Below, in pieces: positions 32,545 to 45,524 of a stretch of DNA of 64,000 nucleotides (position 1 is its first letter; each line of letters opens with the position of its first letter). This DNA is from Eledone cirrhosa. Taxonomy: Eukaryota. A model generated the notes under the pieces. The model saw only the letters and a list, made by a program, of their open reading frames with translations, was not told the DNA's origin and did not search any database. The DNA is taken from positions 1 to 64,000 of the forward strand of contig CAXHJY010001470.1 in assembly GCA_964016885.1 (NCBI GenBank), given 5' to 3'. The position numbers and the translations under genes are program-made.

Positions 32545-32975
32545 TAATTGTTTCTACTTTTGGCACAAGGCCAGCAATTATCCCAGTGTATTACTGGTAC
32601 TTCAGGATAATTGCTGGCCTTGTGCCAAAAATAGATACAATTATTATTATTATCACCACCAAAACTCTAGATATTCACATATTTCAAATTCAATAACAAA
32701 TAATTGTTTCTACTTTTAGCACAAGGCTAGCAATTACCCAGTGCATTACTGGTACTTTATTTTATCGACCCCGTAAGGATGAAAGGAAAAGTTAACTCGG
32801 CGGGATTTGAACTCAGATCATAAAGGGACGAACTCTATGCTTCAATTGTTTCTACTTTTGGCACAAGGCTAGCAATTACTCAGTGTATTACTGGTACTTT
32901 ATTTTATCGACCCCGTAAGGATGAAAAGCAAAGTTAACCTCGGCGGGATTTGAACTCAGACTGTAAAGGGATGTA
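32545..32975 (-). mobile_element. Cluster of SINE C copies: inverted tail pair plus two tandem minus-strand copies
   Basis: Four tail motifs (ttctacttttggcacaaggc...) at ~32550, 32605-32645 (+), 32705 and 32848. Confidence 0.85.
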
Positions 32976-34008
32976 AAATAATATATTATAGTAGTAATAA
33001 TAGTAATGATGATAAATAGGGGGTTGGGATGATGTGGGGTGGTGGTTGAAGGGGATATGTGTGTGTGGGGGGGGGGGGGGTTCTAGGAGTGAAATAGATC
33101 CATCATAGAACGCTGTGTTCCGTTTGCTATATATCCATAAAGATGTCATTTGAAACTGATAAAATATTCACTGTCATCGTTATTTCAACAAGTTGACGTC
33201 CATTTTATAAAAATAAAACACTCACAAAAATTATAAGATTATTCGAGAAATCCTAGTGACGTAAGGAAATGTTGAGATCTCCATCACCTCCTACCTCTAC
33301 CTCCTACCTCTACCTCATATATAAACCTCCTACCTCTACCTCCTATATATATACCTCCTACCTCTACCTCCTATATATACCTCCTACCTTTACCTCCTAC
33401 CTCTACCTCCTCGCCTCGGAGAACATGAGTTGTGGTGAGAGAGAGAGAGAGTGTGTGTGTGTTTAGGGGAAAGAAAGAGAGGGTATAAGTGAAACGGATT
33501 GACAGACTGAAAGAGAAAGGTGAGTTTGTGTCGTCTGACAGATAGAGGGAGAGTGAGGGTGTTTGACGGATAGAGAGATTGTGAGAGAGAGAGTGAGACA
33601 TATGGGGAGAGAAAGAGGCAGATTGATAGAGAGAGATGGGAAGAGAGAAGACGAGAAAAAGGCAGATTAATTGATAGAGAGAAAGTGAGAGGGAGAGAGA
33701 CGGACAAATTGATAGAGAGATAGGAAGAGAAGGGGAGAAAGAAGCAAATTGATAGAGAGAATGTGAGAGAGAGAAAGAGAGACTAAGAGGAGTAGAGAGT
33801 GTGATAGAGGTGTAGAAGATACGGAGAGAGAAGTGACATTGCTAAAACAAATAACATATTTTTTCCCTGTAAATGTTAACGTTTTATATTGTTTATCTTT
33901 CGTATTAAAGAGTTGACACTGAATGGTTTACAGAAGAATGAGTGATGTACTTGCTGGCTGTCCCTTCATTTAGGATGACTCCCTCTGTAAATAAGACCTG
34001 GAATTATA

Positions 34009-34041
<33 letters not shown>

Positions 34042-34115
34042 ATATACACACACAAATATATATATAAATGTATATATACAAATATCCAGTTCTGCGTTTA
34101 CAGATTGACTTTGTT

Positions 34116-34275
34116 AGTTTCAGAAGATCCCGTTAAGGGTGAAAGCAGCGATTCTTTGCTTAAACTTTAATCTGTTATTTTAATAAATATTTGCTCTACG
34201 GTTCTTATATATTTGATATATATTTTCCTTATCGAGCCCTCTTTGGATTTTAGTCTTCAATTTTATTATTATTAC
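34116..34275 (+). ncRNA. Family G hammerhead-like motif (34116-34166) with CAGAAGA core, plus tail
   Basis: agttt CAGAAGA t ccc gttaa ggg t GAAA gca gcgattctt tgc TT aaact. All three helices pair. Confidence 0.7.
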
Positions 34276-34347
34276 TATTAATATATATATACATATATAT
34301 ATATACATACATATAAATATATATAGATAGATAGATAGATCTCTCTC

Positions 34348-34439
<92 letters not shown>

Positions 34440-34480
34440 ACGTGTATCTTAAGAACGCAGGAATACACACTGACTCACAG

Positions 34481-34521
<41 letters not shown>

Positions 34522-34748
34522 CCCTTGCAAGCAGGGAAAAGCGGACGGATGAGGATGTGGATGGATGGATATAACGTGTGCGTGAGAGAGAGAGAGAGTA
34601 AAGACGATAAATGACCACAAACAGTATTATTATTAACATAATATAGTTCATAATAATATTAACTATATTAACAACGGTTTATCTTCAACAGTAATAGCTT
34701 TAACTGCTGTTCTGTATGTCACTATTATCTTTTACAACAAATCCAGTC

Positions 34749-34849
34749 GAGGTTCACTTTGCCTTTCATCCTTACGGGGTCGATAAAATAAAGTACCAGT
34801 AATGTACTGGGGTAATTGCTGGCCTTGTGCCAAAAGTAGAAACAATTAT
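34749..34849 (+). mobile_element. SINE C 3' half
   Basis: gcctttcatccttacggggtcgataaaataaagtaccag...gtagaaacaattat. Confidence 0.85.
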
Positions 34850-35311
34850 CTTTTACTACAAATAAATGTCATTTAATCTTTAACTTTACAGTAGAAAGCT
34901 ATGCTACGTGAGCTCTTTATCACACACTATTAATCTTATTAATACTGTTTGTAAATCTTGAATATTTTCTACTGTTCGCTCTGTTAATCCCACTAAAGAT
35001 GTGACTGGTGATGTGGCTGATAGTGTTGGCGATGACATCCGTTCTTTGCGACAGTTATTAGTGATGGTCTTCTTTAAAATTTGTCAGTCAGAACTTCTGT
35101 ATATGCCGGCAAGTTGAAATGAGAACAGACTTCTTGTTAGTATGATGTGGAGCTCGCGATGAAGCAATGCTAGTGGGCGTTAACTTAGAGATCTAAAACA
35201 CATGACCAACAACACGATTAAATCTAAAAGAGAATCACGTGAGGACACCTCTCAGAAAGAATGCACATCATCAAGATCACGACCAACTACGTTTGGAGGA
35301 AGTAGAGGAGG

Positions 35312-35347
35312 TTTCAACGTTTCGGACAGAGGTCCTTCCTCAGGAAA
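35312..35347 (-). ncRNA. Minimal type I hammerhead motif (B-like)
   Basis: Minus strand reads tttc CTGAGGA a ggac ctct gtcc GAAA cg TT gaaa. Perfect helices I and II, palindromic aacgtt helix III. Confidence 0.8.
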
Positions 35348-35697
35348 GTTCGGATGAGGAGAGAACAGATTGTGTGTGTGTGTGTGTGTAATCGATAAGA
35401 TAGATAGATAGATCTACTGCTATTGTTTTAACAATATGTATATTATCTCCCATCTTAACATTTATGCACACACACAGTTTTCATGAGTTGTTCATGGTTG
35501 TGTATGCATGTGTGGTAATGTGTGTGTAAACGTGTGAATGCCTCATTGTGAGTATATATAAGCTTAATGCTTATGTGTATATAACTGTATTATATAACTG
35601 TGTTGTGGAGTGTGTGTATGTAGGCCTAGTGCTTGTATGTGTAATGTATATCATGCATAAAACATATATCCATGCATACATTCTTTTAACGATATCC

Positions 35698-35745
<48 letters not shown>

Positions 35746-36077
35746 ATCCGAACATACATACGTGCAAATATACATAATTCAATAGATACATACATACAAA
35801 TAAATATATATACATACAAATATATATATATGACATTCATTCATTCATATCCATAGATACATATACATACACATACATACATACATATACATACATACAT
35901 ATACATACATACATATTCATACATACATATTCATACATACATATTCATACATATATATACATACACACATTTCGTTTTGCTCAGCAAATTTCTTTACATC
36001 AGAACATTAATTATTTTAATATACTCGTATAGACAATAACAATCTCAGACATAATGTATACATTGTGTATATACATG

Positions 36078-36110
<33 letters not shown>

Positions 36111-36210
36111 ATAAGTGTGTGTTTGTATACATACATATATACACACATACATACACACACACACACATACCTACATACATACATACATACATACATACAT
36201 ACATACATAG

Positions 36211-36244
<34 letters not shown>

Positions 36245-37029
36245 GTGGGCAGAAGACAGATACACGGGGAGAGCGAATAAAAGGCTGATGAAGATAGTAG
36301 GGTGAGTTGGATGGGAGGGAGGGACTTGGGATGACGAAAATGTCTGCGGCTAGGTGGAGGGTTGTAATGGAGGAAATATGTGAAGCGGGGAGAGGAGAGA
36401 AGATTTTGTCCCCCTTCCCTCACTCTCCTTCCTCACAAAATATAAACTTTTTTAGTAATATATAAGACATTTAAAATTATTACAGCCGTTCTTGTATCTA
36501 CGCATGCGTAAATTCTTCTTCCAGAATCTGAAGTAGAGTTTGGAAGAGGAAAAAAAATGGCGTTTCTCCTTTCATATTTTTTTACGTCTCAATTTAAGCA
36601 TAGAGGGTTGCTCCTTACGTCTTATCCGCTACTCTTTAGACCGTGAAGGAACACTTTCTGGCAAGAATTTACCCAACCGTTTCATCAAATACAGTTTAAA
36701 GGATTTAAAAGAACAACTAACATTTATTTATAATTTATTTAGATTTTATTTTGTCTTATTTGTTTTTTCCTTTTTGTTGAGAGATGTGGATAAATTAATT
36801 TTGTTTTGTGTTTCATGAAACGTTCAGCTAAACTAAGAAAGACAGATTTTTAAATATATGATGTTTCACATGAAGGTTTCGATGGTTTCACCTAGTGTGT
36901 GTGTCTGTGTATATATGTGTGGGTGTATGTATATATGTGTGGATGTGTGTGTGTATGTGTGTATATATATATGTGTGTGTATATGTGTGTGTATATATAT
37001 ATATGTAATATGTGTGTATATAAATATAA

Positions 37030-37215
37030 AGAAATGATTTCTACAGGACTAGAACTGTTTCATTCGATTGGAATCATTAGGAATGTCCGACATTCCTGAT
37101 CATTCCAAACGAATGAAACAGTTCTAGTTCTGTAGAACTCCTTTCTATATAAAATAAATATGTATCTTCTCTCCTAATATATTGAGTACAATATTTAACT
37201 GCAGTTTTATCCCCA
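37030..37215. mobile_element. Family E fold-back copy (both cores degenerate)
   Basis: Arms 37039-37087 / 37089-37137. Forward core reads CTGATCA. Diverged tail follows. Confidence 0.75.
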
Positions 37216-37277
37216 TTGCCTTAGAAAAACCATTTGTATGTATGTGTCTAAATAAATGTCTATAGATGCCTACAACC

Positions 37278-37434
37278 ATAGCTGAATGGTTAGGAAGTTC
37301 GCTTCGCAAGCACATGACGGATTCGAGTTCAGATCAATTGTGTGGAATTTTGTGTCTTCTCCTAATATAGCTTCACACAAACCAACGCCCTATGAGGGAA
37401 ATTTTGTCGACAGAAACCTTACAGAATCCCGTCG

Positions 37435-37440
<6 letters not shown>
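37278..37440 (+). mobile_element. Third tRNA-derived SINE family, 5' part
   Basis: gctgaatggttaggaag...gagttcagatc head and gacagaaac...aatcccgtcg body running into (TA)n. Related head at ~59757-59850. Confidence 0.6.
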
Positions 37441-37475
<35 letters not shown>

Positions 37476-37490
37476 TGTATATATTACACT

Positions 37491-37521
<31 letters not shown>

Positions 37522-37567
37522 CTGTATATATATATATAATAAATGTAATCTGAGTTTTTCGAATATT

Positions 37568-37742
37568 AATAATTATTTCTACTTTTGGCACAAGGCCAGC
37601 AATTATCCCAGTACATTACTGGTACTTTATTTTATCGACCCCGTAAGGGTGAAAGGCAAAGTTAACCTCGGCGGGATATGAACTCAGACTGTAAAGGGAC
37701 GTAACTATGCTGGTCCGACCCTCTACCGATACTGCCAATTCG
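37568..37742 (-). mobile_element. SINE family C
   Basis: Reverse complement of the 9172-9365 consensus. Confidence 0.9.
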
Positions 37743-37875
37743 TTTGCAATTATGCAGACAGCCTTATTTTTAAAGCTATGTCAGTAGAATGAGCCCCTCA
37801 ATCTTGCTTTTGTGGGTTTTTTAATGTATATATATATATATATAATATATATAGATATATATAATATATATATAT

Positions 37876-37960
37876 AACGAAGAAAGTGTGGTAAAAAAAA
37901 ACCAGGTGGATCATAACGCACCAGAGTACTCGATACTTTGGGTAGTCGAGTGGGTAATAA
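37876..37960 (-). mobile_element. Family A tail fragment
   Basis: aacgaagaaagtgtggt...cataacgcaccagagtactcgatac...gagtgggtaata. Confidence 0.7.
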
Positions 37961-38138
37961 GATTAAAGCATCGATTAAAGATGCTTCTCATTTTTTTTAT
38001 ATCCAGGGAAATTCGTATATTCTTGCATGTTTACATGCCTACAAATCAGGTATGTGTATATATTTCCACGTTGGTGGAATCTCGGGGCTACACATGGTGT
38101 ATTTATACAGATATAACTTTATCATATATATATATATA

Positions 38139-38154
38139 TGGGTTGGAATTGGAA

Positions 38155-38216
<62 letters not shown>

Positions 38217-38389
38217 TTCCAATTCCAACCCACCCGTCCCTTCAATCTATCTTATTTCTCATTCTTTCTTCTGATGAAGGTATAGCGTCCGAAACGTTAA
38301 GATCCTCTTCCTGCCATTTCAAGCGTTAACCTAATATATTCTTTCCATATACTGTACCGATTGTGTTGTTAATTCTGTTTATCTTTTTT
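38139..38389 (+). mobile_element. Family B element with minimal hammerhead (38268-38301) and 5' palindrome
   Basis: ctt CTGATGA aggtatagcgtcc GAAA cg TT aag. 38139-38232 is a palindrome centred on (AT)25. Confidence 0.8.
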
Positions 38390-39775
38390 ACACACACACA
38401 CAACACACATACACTCTTATAATTGTGTGCTTACCTCTATTGTTTATGACCAAACGCAGATTGATAAAATATGTACCAAACTTGTAAAGAAAGCTGGGTT
38501 CTGGGTTCGATGTGATCGACTAAATCCCTTCAATGAGATACCCCAGAATTGATGAAGTCTAATTACTGAGACCAGTAGAGTAATAAAAGATAATATACTT
38601 ATATTTAGTTATTTTACCGACATCATTACACTTCACATTTTTTTTCTTTTGCAAAAGGGATTTTAATTCCGAAATATAAAATAAATGGTAAAAAAACTGT
38701 TAAAATGTTATTTTGCCTTATTTTACTCTAGTTTTCATTCCTATATTTATAACTTTCATTACACAGGCTTTCCTTTTGGTTAATTCTAATATATGAGCTG
38801 CTGGTCTGATAAATCACAGAAAAGAAAAGAAAGATGAAACAGGATGAAGAAAAAGGTAAAGATTATCTTTATTATCTTTTTTTCTTTTATACTTATATAT
38901 TTTAGTCTTTGTTTTTCTAAAGATGTTTATTTATTTATTTATTTATTTATTCTTTCTCTTAATTGCAATTTACGTCCTGAGAAATTCTTCAATTAAAACC
39001 ATGATAGTTTTTTTTTATCTCTGTATAAAGCAGGAAACAAAACAAATAATTAAAATATATTAAAAAAAAGCTAAGACATATATCATTGAATTACCGCTCT
39101 TACACACACACAAAGGCGCACACGCGCACACACACGCGCACACACACCACACCACACCACACCACACCACACACACTCTCGCTCTCTCTCGCTCTCTCTC
39201 CTTTTTTTAACGTATATTGATTCTCTCTATGTTTGCTTGTCTGTTTCATGTTTTTTATTGTATTTTTATTTGGTATTTCCCCATCCCTGGCACCACTCGT
39301 TGTATTGGCTAAGACATTGGAGTTTTTCAAAAGATTAAAAAAACAAAATGGTGGTAGCAGATTTTCGTTCTAAGGGCAATGAAGAACCTTTGTTTTTTGT
39401 TTTGTTTTTCTCCATCTTTCGGTTCTCTTCTCTTTGTTTGTTCTATTTTTGGAAGAAGGTCGAAACTTCATCATTAATTTTTAACTTCTGAGCATTAACC
39501 TGATAACTTCAGTTCGTATCTTAAACTGTAATGTTGTTGTTGTTGTTTTCGTTGTTTCATTCATTGCGTTCATTGCCTGTATGTGGGAAAATGCAGGTGT
39601 AATAATATATATATTTTAATATTAAAGGTAGATTTTTTTTTTTATAGGACGAAATTCCTTTTTCATACGATTGTTTTTATAGGTTTTGAAAGTATAAGGC
39701 CTTCAAAACCATCGTAAATTGTTTCCTCTGGTTCCGCCACCCAAGAACTACATAACACCATATTGGAGACAGGTA

Positions 39776-40180
39776 TAATAATTGGTTCTACATTTGCCAC
39801 AAGGCCAGCAATTACCCAGTGCATTACTGGTACTTTATTTTATCGACCCGGTAAGGATGAAAGGCAAAGTTAACCTCGACGGGATTTGAACTCAAACCGT
39901 AAAGGGACGTAACTATGCTGGAAAGCATGGCGTCCGACCCTCTCCCGATACTGCCAATCCATCGCCATGGAGACAGATGTAATAATAATAATAATTGTTT
40001 CTACTTTAGGCAAAAGGCCAGCAATTACCCAGTGCATTACTGGTACTTTATTTTATCGACCCCGTAAGGATGAAATGCAAAGTTAACCTCGGTGGGATTT
40101 GAACTCAGTCCGTAAAGGGACGTAACTCTGTGCTGCAAAGCATGGTGTCCGACCCTCTAACGATACTGCCAATCCGCCGA
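39776..40180 (-). mobile_element. Two tandem full-length SINE C copies
   Basis: 39776-39968 and ~39981-40180. tggagacag repeated on both sides of the first copy. Confidence 0.9.
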
Positions 40181-40344
40181 CGGGTGTAATAATAATAATA
40201 ATAAGTAACCAAAATGCATACTGGAGAAAACATTAAAAAGATTTTTTTATTTATTCATGAATAAAATGTTTCAGTGCAAGAGAAATGTCTGTTGATGCAA
40301 GAGATGCCAACACGAAGGGACCTGTTATTTTTTATCTAAAGACA

Positions 40345-40518
40345 TTTTTTTCCAATTCCATCCTGCCCGTCCTTTCAATCTATCTTATTTCTCATTCTTT
40401 CTTCTGATGAAGGACTAGCGTCCGAAACGTTAAGGCCCTCTTCCTGCTATATCAAGCGTTAACCTAATATATTCCTTCCATATACTGTGCCGATTGTGTT
40501 GTTATTTCTGTTTACCTT

Positions 40519-40520
<2 letters not shown>
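40345..40520 (+). ncRNA. Family B element with intact minimal hammerhead (40401-40434)
   Basis: ctt CTGATGA a ggac tagc gtcc GAAA cg TT aag. Confidence 0.85.
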
Positions 40521-40574
<54 letters not shown>

Positions 40575-40576
40575 AA

Positions 40577-40773
40577 GTCCCGGGTTCAGTCGGAAGTAAC
40601 TACAGTAAGGTACTCAATACATTAGTAGAGTGTAAACATCAAATTTAATATAGAAATTATTTCTACGGACTAGAACTGTTTCAATTGAAAGAAACCACCA
40701 GGAAAGAAAGCCCTGATGATTTTTTTCGAATGAAACAGTTCTAGTTCTGTTGAAGCTATTTCTATATTAAATT
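40577..40773. mobile_element. Family E fold-back copy
   Basis: Minus-strand tail and degenerate core, then forward CTGATGA (40713-40719)...gaatGAAAcagttctagttctg. Confidence 0.75.
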
Positions 40774-41263
40774 ATATATATATATATATCCGAGTATTCA
40801 ATACCGAAGTAGAGTTTTAATATTTATTTTAAGGGCCACGACACTGTGGTAAGCAGCCGAAACTCCAAAGTAAAAAAACTTAATAAAATGAATATATATC
40901 TATATATATATATATATATATATATATGGGGGGGGGAGACAGACAGTCAATAGCTGGTCCAGAGAATTTAAATTTCAGGTATTTTTTTTTTTATGTTGTT
41001 GGAGATGGGGGTGGGGTAAGTTGTGTCAAGCAGTTTGTTCCGGTGCGGAAATTGTGCTGAGTATGTTTAAAGAGGTTTTGTTTGTTTGTTTCTAAATAAA
41101 CAGAGTCTATTAAAGCTTTCCTATATATAATTGTCTTTCATTAACTTTGGGAAGTTTATGTCATAAGCGACACACATGCTAGAAGGATCTCGTCTACCCA
41201 CCATATATATACACACACACACGCTCACTCACACATACTCTTACACTCACACACACACACACT

Positions 41264-41294
<31 letters not shown>

Positions 41295-41454
41295 TTGAGG
41301 GGGTTATATATATATATATACTTTGGGAGGGATATATATATATATACTTTGATATAATTTGGGAGGGATATATATCAAGCGTTAACCTTATATATACCTA
41401 CTATATACTGTTCCGATTGTGTTATTTCTGTTTACCTGTTACATATATACATTT

Positions 41455-41525
<71 letters not shown>

Positions 41526-41534
41526 TTATTATTA

Positions 41535-41610
41535 TGTAATAAACAACATAAGGCAATTATTCCATTTACCAGTGGTTTCTTAAAAGCAAAAGGTTTTGCT
41601 TTCAATCCCT
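41535..41610 (-). mobile_element. Family F remnant (hammerhead helices II/III, 5' core lost)
   Basis: Minus strand reads ttgaaagcaaaa cc ttttgcttttaa GAAA ccactgg TA aatggaataattgccttatgttgtttattacat. Confidence 0.65.
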
Positions 41611-41736
41611 GGGTTTTATAAAAACTTAAAACCACAACTGAATACTAACCCATACAATCACTAATACTCTTTTATTCCTAATTAAACCATTTTTCAACTG
41701 TGAACAATTTGTCAGCATTTTCTATTCCGTTTACCA

Positions 41737-41802
<66 letters not shown>

Positions 41803-41804
41803 AG

Positions 41805-41972
41805 CTACAGGACTAGAACTGTTTCATTCGTGAGAAATCATCAGGAGCTTCCTGATGATTTCTCACGAATGAAACAGTTCTAGACCTGTAGAAGCTCTTC
41901 TATATTAAAACATTTATACTCTGCCATGTATTGAGTACCTTACTTACAGTGGTTACCTCCGATTCAACCCGA
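41805..41972 (+). ncRNA. Family E fold-back with complete forward hammerhead (41845-41897) and mirror core on minus strand
   Basis: gagcttc CTGATGA t ttc tcac gaa t GAAA cag..ctg TA gaagctc (7-bp helix I). 41805-41846 is the inverted copy. Confidence 0.85.
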
Positions 41973-42131
41973 AATATATATATATATATTTATATATATC
42001 GCTTGGAGGCAGCCACCTGGACTAGCAACTGCTAATTTTGGCCGCCTTCTCGTCTTGTGCATCTCTATCTGCTTTTCAGCCCCTTGGATTGGATTGTGTT
42101 TATTATATTCCTTTGTTGGATAAATTTCGGA

Positions 42132-42189
42132 ATACCTGATGATGTCACCGGATTCATACTAAACCAGGTCATTGAAATGTTCATAGTAT
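42132..42189 (+). ncRNA. Type I hammerhead motif (family J)
   Basis: atac CTGATGA tgtcacc...ggtcatt GAAA tg tt ca TA gtat, followed by AATAAA. Confidence 0.7.
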
Positions 42190-42232
42190 AATAAACCTTT
42201 AAGGCATTACACCAGTCCAGCCTCCTGTTATT

Positions 42233-42277
<45 letters not shown>

Positions 42278-42284
<7 letters not shown>

Positions 42285-42445
42285 TAACAGATTAAATTTT
42301 AAGCAAAGAATCGCTGCTTTCACCCTTAACGGATCTTCTGAAACTTTAATAAATATTTGCTCTAGGGTTCTTATATATATTTGATATATAATTATCCTTA
42401 TCGAACCCTCTTTGGATTTTAGTCTTCACATTTATTATTATTACT
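42278..42445. mobile_element. Family G remnant: inverted CAGAAGA hammerhead fused to forward tail
   Basis: Same architecture as 21760-21912. Confidence 0.75.
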
Positions 42446-42509
42446 ATATATATATGTAAGGGCGGTGCCCCAGCATGGCCTAAGCCGGATGGCTGGTACA
42501 GGTAAAAGA

Positions 42510-42554
<45 letters not shown>

Positions 42555-42674
42555 TACATGAACTGGCATTACAATCGCAATACTACTTTATTGGACACAA
42601 TTGCACGCAAGCAAGATGGCTGACAAGGTAAAGATGCTGCTGGTGTTTATCTTATGTAACTATGTATACACTGT

Positions 42675-42747
<73 letters not shown>

Positions 42748-43147
42748 CAGTTGGCCAGCAGTGTATGTGTGTGTGCAGCAAGGGTTTGGCAGCAGTTCAC
42801 CTGCAGAAATAAAGTTGAGTGTACATTATATATAGGTGTTTCTCTCTCGCTCACACTCTCTATCTCTCTTTCTGTCACACACACTCTCTCTCTCTCTCTC
42901 CCTGTCACACACTCTCTCTCTCACAGTAGAGACACTGCTATAGTTATGCAATCTAGCTACAACAACAGTGTAATCCTCGATTCCCGAAAAGACAGGATTG
43001 TCACGGCTGGAATGTCTTTCATCTTAGTTCTGGGGTTAAGAAATACAATAACAGCAACACACACACACAACCCTCTCACACATACATGTATACACTACAC
43101 ACTACATACACTCACACACTACACACACACACTTACATGTATACACT

Positions 43148-43203
<56 letters not shown>

Positions 43204-43378
43204 TACACACACCACACTACATACACACACACACATGTATACACTCACACATTTATACACTCACACACATGTATACACTCACATGGGAAGACAAAAGTTA
43301 TCTCTACCCTCAGCCTGACTGTAGGTCTTTGGACAACATGGGTGACGTGGGGCAGGGAAATTGGCATGGGTGTGTGTA

Positions 43379-43622
43379 ACAGCTACTAACCATGCAGGTT
43401 TAGCTGGCCTCTTCCAAGGTATATCTCGTTGGAGGTGTCTTGGGTAATTTAATGATAGGGACCCTCAGTCCTATCATCTCATTTCTACAGCTGAGTAAAC
43501 TGGAGCAACGTGAAATAAAGTGTCTTGCTCAAGGACACAACACATCACCCGGTCTGAGAATTGAACTCACAACCTTTCGATTGCAAGGCCAATGCTCTAA
43601 CCACTAAGCCATACGCCTTCAC
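43379..43622 (-). mobile_element. SINE family D
   Basis: Reverse complement aligns along its full length with 18566-18810. Confidence 0.85.
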
Positions 43623-43791
43623 AATTGATATGGGTGACTGTTGGTCCTCCACAAATACCTGGCCCGGGTTGATGTCTCAGAGGAGAATTTTTTGGGTGGA
43701 AAATCCATGGGTACAATTGGATGTATGTTTAGTTGTTCTCTCTAAATTTGCCTGTGTGTGTGTATATATATATATATACACACATATGTAT

Positions 43792-43836
<45 letters not shown>

Positions 43837-44110
43837 TATATATATACACACACATATATATACACATATATATATATATATATATACACACACATATATA
43901 TATACACACACACACACACATATACACATACACATATATATATATACACACACACACATACACACACACACATATATATATATCGTAAGGTGCATTATTG
44001 GTTATGTAAAATGGTCCAATAACTTTGTTAGCAATATTAAGTTCTCCACGCTTTTCTATATCTCCAATTCCATTGGAGGGAACAGCTAGATGATGTAAAA
44101 CGGAGTAGAA

Positions 44111-44459
44111 GTATCAAAATGAAAATCCGAAGGCCAGGTAAAATTCCAATCATTTAATCACGACACATGTTTCAATAAGAGATAGATCGATTGTGAAGCC
44201 ATGATCGATTATCACTGATCTCATCAGGTGAAAATGAATTGTCTTAAAATTCTTGATATGACGATGTTCTCTCACAGAATTCATTCCATCATATTTATTT
44301 TTTCTCCCTCGTATCAAGAATTTTAAGACAATTCATTTTCACCTGATGAGATCAGTGATAATCGATCATGGCTTCACAATCGATCTATCTCTTATTGAAA
44401 CATGTGTCGTGATTAAATCATTGGAATTTTACCTTGCCTTCGGATTTTCATTTTGATAC
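44111..44459. ncRNA. 151-bp inverted repeat carrying two complete hammerheads (minus 44158-44231; plus 44339-44412)
   Basis: tcac CTGATGA gat..gata atcgat..atcgat c tatc..att GAAA catgtg TC gtga on both strands. Arms 44111-44261 / 44309-44459 with few mismatches. Confidence 0.88.
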
Positions 44460-45524
44460 ACATATATATGTATATACACACACACATATATATATACACA
44501 CACACACCACACCACACCACACCACACCACACACCACACACACTGTGTGTGTGTGACCTGTGTATATATATATATATACCCTGTACTCTACCACTGTATA
44601 TATCTGGTCTCTATGTCACTGTACTGTTGTGTCTGTGTGTCTGACATATACAATGCTGTACCTTTTTATGCCTTTCTCTCTCTCTCTCTTTCACTCTCAC
44701 TCTCTCACTCTCACTCTCTCTCACACTCTCTCTCACTCTCACTCTCTCACTCTCACTCTCACTCACTCTCACTCACTCTCTCTCTCTTTCACGCCCCTTT
44801 CTCTTCACCTCCTCTCTCTATGTGCGTGTGTGAGAGAGAGAGTAAAATACAGTCGGGTAAATATCACCTTGCATTCATTTCTGAAACGGATAGTATAGTA
44901 TATATATTGAGGTACGGGTGGGTGACGAGTAAATAGTCATCTTGGTTATATTGGTTATATATCGGGGAGACGGGTAGATAGCCGGTTAACGTAGGCACGT
45001 GCAAAGATGGTCATACGAAATAGCTACCAATGAAACAAGTCGACGGGTGGATAGCAAACGAGAGGAGCTGATCTGTTTGACGGGTACAGGACTAATTAAG
45101 AAAATAATGGGAATAGTTGCACGAATGGATATCCCTGGAGACGGGTGAATAACATTTTGAGTAATATGTATGGCTTTTAAACGGCAGCGGGCAAATAGCT
45201 GATCAATAGAAAAGATCGGAATCGGGTGGAAATGCAAACACATGACCACAACAACAACAATAAAAACGAAAGCAAGTACAAGCAGCACACATACAGGTAG
45301 TGCCGGGTGAGTAGCTTGACTACTAATACACTCGATCGGGTAGATAACATGAAAGACAATCGACCCACCACCGCACCACTACCACCAACCACCCCATTGA
45401 CAGCCATGTGACATGCTGGATAACAGTCGAATAGCAATAGACTGGTAGATATCATGTGGACGTCGGGTAAATAGGTGATTAATACTCTGATTGGAGAAAT
45501 AGCCGATTAGTGCAGAAAACATTG

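Noticed and set aside
42612-42640. CAAGATGGC start/YY1-like motif with a following GT
   Set aside because: Isolated short motif between TA tracts with no supporting promoter or exon context.
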